The translations under genes were made by a program, and so were the position numbers. From NCBI GenBank assembly GCA_963739455.1, contig CAVUAK010000001.1, positions 256,001 to 320,000 of the forward strand: DNA of 64,000 bases. The letters run 5' to 3'. The DNA is from an uncultured Gemmatimonadales bacterium. Lineage in GTDB: Bacteria > Gemmatimonadota > Gemmatimonadetes > Gemmatimonadales > GWC2-71-9. The number at the start of each line of letters is the position of its first letter. The first letter of the stretch is position 1. Below, piece by piece: positions 57,477-64,000 of the stretch. The notes below the pieces were generated by a model, which did not search any database, was not told where the DNA came from, and saw nothing but the letters and a program-made list of their open reading frames with translations.

Positions 57477-60400
57477 ACGCCCTGCTCGCCTTCGAGTGGC
57501 GCTATCACACGCGCCAGCTTTCGTATTTCGCCGCGCTCGCGCTCGTCTGCGGCACCGCCTTCGTGCTCATCTCCACCGGCTTCGGCCCCACCAACCTCTT
57601 CATCAACTCCCCGTACGTCGTGACGTACTCGCTCGGGATGCTGTCGCTCGTGGGGATCTTCCTGGTGACGGTGCTCAGTGCCAATGGCCTCCTGCGCGAC
57701 TCCGAGCACCGCATGAGCGAGATCATCTTCGCGACGCCCATCGGCCGCTGGAGCTACCTGGTGAGCCGGTTCATCGGCATCGTGCTTGCCTCGTTCGCGG
57801 CGTTCGTGCTCGCCGGCCTCGTCCTCATGCTGGCACCGCTGCTGCTCGGTGTCGACCCCGTGCGGCTCGGCCCAGTGCAACCCTGGAGCTATGCCTGGGC
57901 ACTGCTCGTCCTCGTCCTGCCCAACCTCGTCATCGCGACCGCCATCGTATTCGCCATCGCTGCCGCCACGCGCAGCACACTGGCCACCTGGGTGGGCGGC
58001 GTGCTGGTCTACGCGCTCTACTTCATCACCGCGATGCTGGTGGACTCGCCGCTCATGGCCGGTACCTCACCGCCGACTGCCGTGGCGCTGGCTCGCGCGG
58101 CAATCCTCGATCCATTCGGGCTCTCGGCGTTCTTCGAGCAGACCCGCTACTGGACCCCCGCCGAGCGAAATACGCAGTTGCTCTCGTTCTCCGGTCACTT
58201 CCTCTGGAACCGGCTGCTCTGGCTGGCAGTGGCGGGCGGGATCTTCGCGGTCACTGCGCGGCTCTTCCGCATGCGCACCATGCCACGACAGGGTCGCAGT
58301 CCGCTGCCGGCTGCCGACTCACTGCCGACTGCCGACAGCCGACTGACGACAGGCGCATCGTCAGCCTTCGCCTCCGCGGCTCGCCTGGACATCCGCTACG
58401 CCCTCACCAGCCGCCCGTCAGTCGCGCTCATGCTGCTCTGGATCTTTTTCATCAGCGTGGAACTGTGGAGCGACACGTCCGCCGAGTACGGCAGCAGCAT
58501 GTACCCCACGACAGCGACGATGCTCGACACCATCGCGGTACCGCTGACCCGGCTGGGCGCACTGGTGCTGATTTTCTTCGCCGCCGAACTCGTCTGGCGC
58601 GCGCGCGCCCACGCGATGGACGAATTGCTGAACGCGACCCCGGCGTCCCCGGCAATGTTCTACCTGGCACATCTCGCGGCCCTCGCGGGCCTGGTGATCG
58701 CCATGACCGCGACGGCGATCACCGTCGCAATCGTCGTGCAGCTGCTCCAGGGCTATCACGAGTTCATGCTGCCGGTGTACGCCTCGCTCTTCTGGACTGC
58801 GACCGTGCCGCTCATCATCCTCGCGGTGCTGGTGCTGCTGCTGAACGTGCTGAGCCCCAACCGCTACGTCGGCATGTTCCTGTCCCTTATCGCCGTCGTT
58901 ACGCTCCAGTTCGGTGTGGGAGGCATCGAGCATCCGCTCCTGCGCTATGGTGCCGCTCCTGAGGTGAGCTGGTCCGACATCAGCGGCTTCAGCAGCACTG
59001 CCGCCTCCTTCGCCTGGTTCTCCCTCTACTGGGGTATCGTCGCAGCCTTCATCGCCAGCCTCACGGTGGCGGCATGGCGTCGTGGGCGCGACGCCACCTT
59101 GTCGCGGCGCCTCACGGCGATTCCCCGCCGGCTTGGGCGGGGTGGCGTCGCCGTCACTGGGGCACTCTTCGTCATCGCGGCGTCAATCGGTGCGTTCCTG
59201 TACTACCAGGGCAACGTGCGACAGCGGTACACCACGCGCGAAGACATGGACCAGTGGCGCGCCGAGTATGAGCGCCAGTGGCGTTCGCGCACTGCCGCCT
59301 CGCCCGCGATCGCCAGCATCACCTCGGAAGTCGCCCTCTTTCCCGGGGAACGCCGGTACACTGCGTCGGGCACATACCGACTGGAGAATCACACCGACAG
59401 AAATATCGACACGGTCTGGATATCAGTGCGTCGCGAGGCGCGCGACGTGATCCTGGCGCTCGACGGCGCCGGCGCCGTCGTCGTCGACAGTACCTACAGC
59501 ATGTACGGCTTCGTTCCCGCGGCGCTGCTGGCGCCGGGCGAATCCGCGACCTTCACCTTTTCGCTCGCCGTGCAGCAGCCCCGCATTCGCTCTGCCGGGT
59601 TCGATGAGTCGCTCGCCGGCAACGGCACCTTCCTCATGAACACGCGCATCTTCCCGCAGCCAGGGTTCAACCGCGGTTACGAGGTCGATGACGCTAACGA
59701 TCGGCAGCGTCTCGGCCTCCCGGTGCCGGCGCCCGCCGACCGGACCGCGACGCCGTGGATCGCCTTCGAGATGACCGTGTCGACCTCGGCAGACCAGGTC
59801 GCAATCGCACCCGGCAACCTCGAGCGCGAATGGAAGGACGGGAGCCGCCGCTTCTTCCGGTACTCCAGCGAGAGCATGGTCAACTGGTTCGCCCTTGCCT
59901 CGGCGCGGTACGCCGTGAAGAAGGAGATGCACGACGGGGTCACGATCGAGGTGTACTACCATCCCGCGCATGCTGCGAACGTCGACCGGATGATCGCGGC
60001 TGCCGCAGCCTCGCTCGACCTCTTCGGAACGACTTTCGGTCCGTACCCGTTCCAGGAGCTCCGCATCGTCGAGGTGCCGTCCACCTGGGCGATGGGCGCC
60101 GCTGTTGCATTCCCCGGCACGATCTTTTTCGTCGAGGACCGCGGGTTCCTCACCGACGCGCGCGATAGCACCCGGCTCGACATCGTCACCCGCCGCGTCG
60201 CCCACGAGGTGGCGCACCAGTGGTGGGGCATGCAGCTGTCACCCGCCCCAGGTCCCGGTGCCACGATGCTGGTCGAGTCGTTCGCGAAGTACGGGGAGCA
60301 GCGCGTGCTCGCCGCGCGGCAGGGAGAAGCGATGGTGGCCGAACTCATGTCCTTCGACCAGGATCGCTACCTCTCAGGTCGCACCGGTGTGGAGGAATCC

Positions 60401-60949
60401 GAGGTGCCGCTCACCCAGGTCACCGACGAGTCCTGGCTCTACTACGGCAAGGGCGGCGTAATCATGAATGCGCTGCGAGCGCTGGTCGGGCAGGAGGCAC
60501 TGGATCGATCACTGCAGCGCCTGCTGCAGGAGTACGGCGGGCCCGAGGGCCGGGCTAGGACCGCCGACTTCCTCGCCATCCTGCACGAGGAGACGCGGGA
60601 GGAATACCACGCGCGGGTCGATGAATGGCTGGGAGAGGTGGTGCTCTACGACCTGTCCATTCCTGCGGTGACGGCGAAGGCCCTGCCCGATGGACGCTTC
60701 GAGGTCACGGTCGAGGTGAAGGCCGCAAAGCTCAAGGGAGACGACGCCCAGCCGCTCGGCGAGCCGGTCGACCTTGCGGTCTACGGCGCCGACAGCCTCC
60801 TCACGATGGAGCAGCCATTCCTCTCCTCCCGCGACACCACCCTCACGATCACCGTCGATGGTCGGCCGGAACGCGTCGCGATCGACCCCGTCATACGCCG
60901 CCTCGATCGCGAACGCTCCGACAACGAGAAGAAGGTCACCCTACCCTAG
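57473..60949 (+). CDS. ABC-2 permease fused to M1 aminopeptidase
   Basis: Two permease halves, then HEVAHQWW zinc motif and YYGKG. Confidence 0.9.
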   Translation: MNALLAFEWRYHTRQLSYFAALALVCGTAFVLISTGFGPTNLFINSPYVVTYSLGMLSLVGIFLVTVLSANGLLRDSEHRMSEIIFATPIGRWSYLVSRFIGIVLASFAAFVLAGLVLMLAPLLLGVDPVRLGPVQPWSYAWALLVLVLPNLVIATAIVFAIAAATRSTLATWVGGVLVYALYFITAMLVDSPLMAGTSPPTAVALARAAILDPFGLSAFFEQTRYWTPAERNTQLLSFSGHFLWNRLLWLAVAGGIFAVTARLFRMRTMPRQGRSPLPAADSLPTADSRLTTGASSAFASAARLDIRYALTSRPSVALMLLWIFFISVELWSDTSAEYGSSMYPTTATMLDTIAVPLTRLGALVLIFFAAELVWRARAHAMDELLNATPASPAMFYLAHLAALAGLVIAMTATAITVAIVVQLLQGYHEFMLPVYASLFWTATVPLIILAVLVLLLNVLSPNRYVGMFLSLIAVVTLQFGVGGIEHPLLRYGAAPEVSWSDISGFSSTAASFAWFSLYWGIVAAFIASLTVAAWRRGRDATLSRRLTAIPRRLGRGGVAVTGALFVIAASIGAFLYYQGNVRQRYTTREDMDQWRAEYERQWRSRTAASPAIASITSEVALFPGERRYTASGTYRLENHTDRNIDTVWISVRREARDVILALDGAGAVVVDSTYSMYGFVPAALLAPGESATFTFSLAVQQPRIRSAGFDESLAGNGTFLMNTRIFPQPGFNRGYEVDDANDRQRLGLPVPAPADRTATPWIAFEMTVSTSADQVAIAPGNLEREWKDGSRRFFRYSSESMVNWFALASARYAVKKEMHDGVTIEVYYHPAHAANVDRMIAAAAASLDLFGTTFGPYPFQELRIVEVPSTWAMGAAVAFPGTIFFVEDRGFLTDARDSTRLDIVTRRVAHEVAHQWWGMQLSPAPGPGATMLVESFAKYGEQRVLAARQGEAMVAELMSFDQDRYLSGRTGVEESEVPLTQVTDESWLYYGKGGVIMNALRALVGQEALDRSLQRLLQEYGGPEGRARTADFLAILHEETREEYHARVDEWLGEVVLYDLSIPAVTAKALPDGRFEVTVEVKAAKLKGDDAQPLGEPVDLAVYGADSLLTMEQPFLSSRDTTLTITVDGRPERVAIDPVIRRLDRERSDNEKKVTLP

Positions 60950-61720
60950 CGTCCGTCCGATCTGTTCCTCAAATCCCTTTCGATATCCCCGGCTCAGCGT
61001 GAGCCGGGTGCCTCCCTCCAGCACCACCGTGTAGTCCCCGCTCGGCAACGCCAGCATCTCCTTCACCCGCCCCAGGCTCACGATCGTCGAGCGATGCACC
61101 CGCGCGAACTGACGCGGGTCCAGCTGCTCCGCGAGATTGTTCATCGTCTCCCGCACCGCGTACTGACCATCGCCCGTGTGCAGCCGCACATAGTTGTCCG
61201 CCGCCTCGATCCAGTGAATTTCCCCAACAGGCACCAGTGTCACCCGGTTCGCCACCTTGGCCGGGATCCGCTCCAGCCACTCCGTGCGCGGTGCAAGTGC
61301 CTTCAGCAGCTGGTCGAGGCGGTCGTCACTCGTCCCCGAACCGAGACGTTCCCGTACCCGGCCGAGCGCCACCCGGAATCGCCGCTGGTCAAATGGCTTG
61401 AGCAGGTAATCCACCGCATGCTGCTCAAAGGCGTCGATCGCATACGTGTCGTGCGCCGTGACGAACACCACGGCCTTCGGGCGGTCGGCCCCGAGCGACA
61501 TGAGCACCTCGAGTCCCGTCCTCCCCGGCATCTGCATGTCGAGCAGCAGCACATCCGGCCGGTGCGCCTTCACGGCCGTCACCGCCTGTTCCCCATCCAC
61601 GCACTCGGCGACCAGCTCCACATCGGGTTCCTGCTCCAGGAGCCGGCGAAGGCCGAGCCGCACCAGGGGCTCGTCATCCACCAGCACGACGCGGAGCCGC
61701 CTAGAGGACGGGACGGTCAT
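60941..61720 (-). CDS. LytTR-family response regulator
   Basis: VDDEP, LLDMQMP, DYLLKPF and FARVHRS motifs. Confidence 0.93.
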   Translation of the reverse strand: MTVPSSRRLRVVLVDDEPLVRLGLRRLLEQEPDVELVAECVDGEQAVTAVKAHRPDVLLLDMQMPGRTGLEVLMSLGADRPKAVVFVTAHDTYAIDAFEQHAVDYLLKPFDQRRFRVALGRVRERLGSGTSDDRLDQLLKALAPRTEWLERIPAKVANRVTLVPVGEIHWIEAADNYVRLHTGDGQYAVRETMNNLAEQLDPRQFARVHRSTIVSLGRVKEMLALPSGDYTVVLEGGTRLTLSRGYRKGFEEQIGRTLG

Positions 61721-62792
61721 GCACCGGTACCTCGATGGTGACGAGCACGCCGCCGTCACTGTTGCTGAGCGTCAGCTTGCCTGCCTCGCCGTAGAGGCGC
61801 TGCAGCCGGTCGCGGGTGGTGGCGATGCCGACGCCTTCCTTCAAGGTTGCGAAGTCGATGACAGGCCCGTCATTCCACACCGTGAGCCGCAGGCCACCTC
61901 CTTCGGACACCGCGCCGATCCGGATGGAACTCGCCCCCACCCGGCGCGCCACGCCATGCCGCACCGCGTTCTCCACCAGTGGCTGCAGCGAGAATGTGGG
62001 GACGAGATACTGCTTCACGGAGGACGGCACGTTGATCGATACGTTGAGCCGGTCGGAGAAGCGGACCGACTCGATGTCGAGGTAATGCTCGAGTAGCGCC
62101 AGCTCCTGGGTTAGCGTGATCTCCTTGGCTGCGCGGTTGTCGAGCGATCCCCGCAGCAGGTCGCCCAGGGATGCGATCATGCGGGTCGCCCGCGCAGGAT
62201 CGTCCTGGTTCAGCACACCAATGGCATGCAGTGTGTTGAAGAGGAAGTGTGGTTGCAGTTGCAGCTGGAGCGCATGCAGTTGTGCCCGCGCCAGCTCCGT
62301 CTCCAGATGCGCCGCCGACAGTTCCTGCCGGCGCAGGCGGCTCCGCGCCTCGATGGCCTGGAAGAGCGCCACCAGCGCGGCATAGACCAGCAGGCTCCCG
62401 ACGCCGCGACTGCTCAGGTAGCCGAGGAACCAGGTGGCCCAGCCACTATCCCGGGTGGCGAGGGGGTACGCCAGCCGCGCCACCCAGACCGTGAAGGTCG
62501 TGTGCGCCAGGATCACGAGGAGGGCGAACCCCGCGTGCACGAGGAAGTGCTTGAATCGAGAAGGGGCCGCGAGCGGAAAACGCCGGGTCAGTGCGAAGAT
62601 TGGCCACGCCACCACGCCCCAGAAGATCCAGGAGGGCACTGTACTGGCGAGCGTCGGCCACAGCTCGACCGGGCGGTTCTCCATGCGCTGCAACGACGCG
62701 GCGCCCGCGGCCGACAGCATCCCCACCAGCAGGGATGCACCGACCACGGGCAGCCAGGGGAACTTCTCGTCGGAATGCGTGTCCATGGGCAC
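61701..62792 (-). CDS. LytS-family sensor histidine kinase
   Basis: LQPHFLFNTL, LQPLVENAVRHG and GVGI motifs. Confidence 0.92.
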   Translation of the reverse strand: MPMDTHSDEKFPWLPVVGASLLVGMLSAAGAASLQRMENRPVELWPTLASTVPSWIFWGVVAWPIFALTRRFPLAAPSRFKHFLVHAGFALLVILAHTTFTVWVARLAYPLATRDSGWATWFLGYLSSRGVGSLLVYAALVALFQAIEARSRLRRQELSAAHLETELARAQLHALQLQLQPHFLFNTLHAIGVLNQDDPARATRMIASLGDLLRGSLDNRAAKEITLTQELALLEHYLDIESVRFSDRLNVSINVPSSVKQYLVPTFSLQPLVENAVRHGVARRVGASSIRIGAVSEGGGLRLTVWNDGPVIDFATLKEGVGIATTRDRLQRLYGEAGKLTLSNSDGGVLVTIEVPVHDRPVL

Positions 62793-62830
62793 GGTCAAAT
62801 CTACGCTCCCGACCGCGCGCGCCGGTGCGA

Positions 62831-63562
62831 CTACTTCACGCCGGTCCCCACCACGCGCATCTGCCCGCCCGCCCACGTCACCAGCACCTTGAGCTCGCGC
62901 CCCGTCTCCTGGGCCAGGTAGTAGGTGGCCTTCCGGTCGGCGGTGGCGAGCCCGAGGCGCCATGCCGCCACCTTGCCCGACTCGGTGTCGACCTCATCGG
63001 CCCCTTCCACCACCAGCGTGTCCACCTGGATGCCGTATGCCTGGTGATCGAACAGCGGCAGTGCGAATGAGGTGCCCACCTTCACCGGCAGCGACCGCAC
63101 CAGCGACTGCAGCTCGCTCGGGTCGAACACCGGCTGCGCCAGCGTCACGTCGATCGGGTGCGTGCCCGCCGAGTCCTTGAGAAAGCCGGTGACGCGCCCC
63201 GGCGCGTAGTCGACCGAAAAGCTCCGGTTGGTGCTGTGCGACCGGTGCGCGATCGGCGCCAGTGTCGTCGCGTGATACCACGTCGTGTCATCGATGAAGG
63301 CGCGCCCGCCACCGATCACCACGATGCGATGCTCGAACACCGGAACACCGTCTCGCGTGGTGCGACGGGTGGACTCGACCTGCATCGGGCCGGCCCGCTC
63401 CTGTCCGTCCCGCGTGAAGAACATGTTGGTGGTGTCGGTCGTCTCCCGCACTCGCGATGCGTCGAGCACTGCGCTGCCGGGGGCCACCGTGACAACGTCG
63501 GTCAATACCGCCGGGACGAGCGGCAGGGAGAGCAGGGCAAGCACTGCGGTACGGAACGGCAT
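62831..63562 (-). CDS. Secreted hypothetical protein (DUF3108-like beta-rich)
   Basis: Signal peptide; beta-rich 243-aa ORF upstream of the LytS/LytTR pair. Confidence 0.6.
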   Translation of the reverse strand: MPFRTAVLALLSLPLVPAVLTDVVTVAPGSAVLDASRVRETTDTTNMFFTRDGQERAGPMQVESTRRTTRDGVPVFEHRIVVIGGGRAFIDDTTWYHATTLAPIAHRSHSTNRSFSVDYAPGRVTGFLKDSAGTHPIDVTLAQPVFDPSELQSLVRSLPVKVGTSFALPLFDHQAYGIQVDTLVVEGADEVDTESGKVAAWRLGLATADRKATYYLAQETGRELKVLVTWAGGQMRVVGTGVK

Positions 63563-63725
63563 TGGTTCGGCTCCTCGATCGGGATGGCCGAATCTCAGGC
63601 GCCGCTCCTTGTGCGGGAACCGGAATTGGGGTGAGTCGCGGCCCGCTGGGGTGAACCGCGACTCGGCGAGTATCTTCGGGGCGATGGAGCATCACCGGAA
63701 CCGCCACTTCACCTGCAGGTCAGCA

Positions 63726-64000
63726 ATGAAGCCATTTCGAACGTTGGTAATCCTGTGCTGCACCATCGCCTGTGGCGTCGCCCAGGTCTCCGCGCAGGCA
63801 CCCGACAAGCCGGCCACGCTCCCCGTCATCACGCTGCCACCCGACCTCGACCGCGTCCTGCGGGACTACGAGCGCGATTGGCGCGCCAACGACGCCACGC
63901 AACTCTCCATGCAGTTCACCGAGGATGGCTTCGTGCTCAGCAACCGTGAGCCACCGGTACGCGGTCGCGCGAATATCGCCAAGGCCTACACTGGCCGAGG
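63726..64000 (+). CDS. Partial secreted NTF2/DUF4440-like protein (runs off the window)
   Basis: MKPFRTLVILCC...LDRVLRDYERDWRANDATQLSMQFTEDGFVL...PVRGR, translated manually. Confidence 0.7.
   Translation, partial: MKPFRTLVILCCTIACGVAQVSAQAPDKPATLPVITLPPDLDRVLRDYERDWRANDATQLSMQFTEDGFVLSNREPPVRGRANIAKAYTGR

Noticed and set aside
63586..63725. c-di-AMP (ydaO) riboswitch-like words GCCGAATC, GGGAACC and TTGGGGTGA
   Set aside because: The 3' consensus (CCGTCAGCTAAC-like) is missing and a -10 box lies inside the region; a LytTR-type repeat is the simpler explanation. An Rfam scan would settle it.

Overview
High-GC bacterial window; gene content and style suggest Gemmatimonadota (inference). It contains ten paralogous Hanks-type Ser/Thr kinases (K1-K10) with two kinds of C-terminal sensor: PD40/TolB-like beta-propeller, or TolB_N-like plus TPR. 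Interspersed genes include a VapBC pair, a PP2C phosphatase, a STAS-containing ABC operon, SulP plus beta-carbonic anhydrase, two c-di-GMP enzymes, a U32 peptidase, an ABC/M1-aminopeptidase pair and a LytS/LytTR system. The most unusual signal is that several short-repeat families have entered coding sequence at specific sites. (i) Seven of the ten kinases carry a different heptamer-derived (GACTCAC/GACTGAC/GACTGCC-type) insert in the same N-lobe loop, between DSG and LL[FY]YVMP; the other three have a 4-aa loop. (ii) CCCCGCCCT nonamer tracts sit at the kinase/sensor junction of five kinases. (iii) A covarying GTCATTGCGAGG...GCAATCC palindrome occurs four times, once in frame inside the U32 gene. 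Many genes show single-base frameshifts that look like long-read insertion errors. No rRNA, tRNA, CRISPR array, transposase or reverse transcriptase was recognised.
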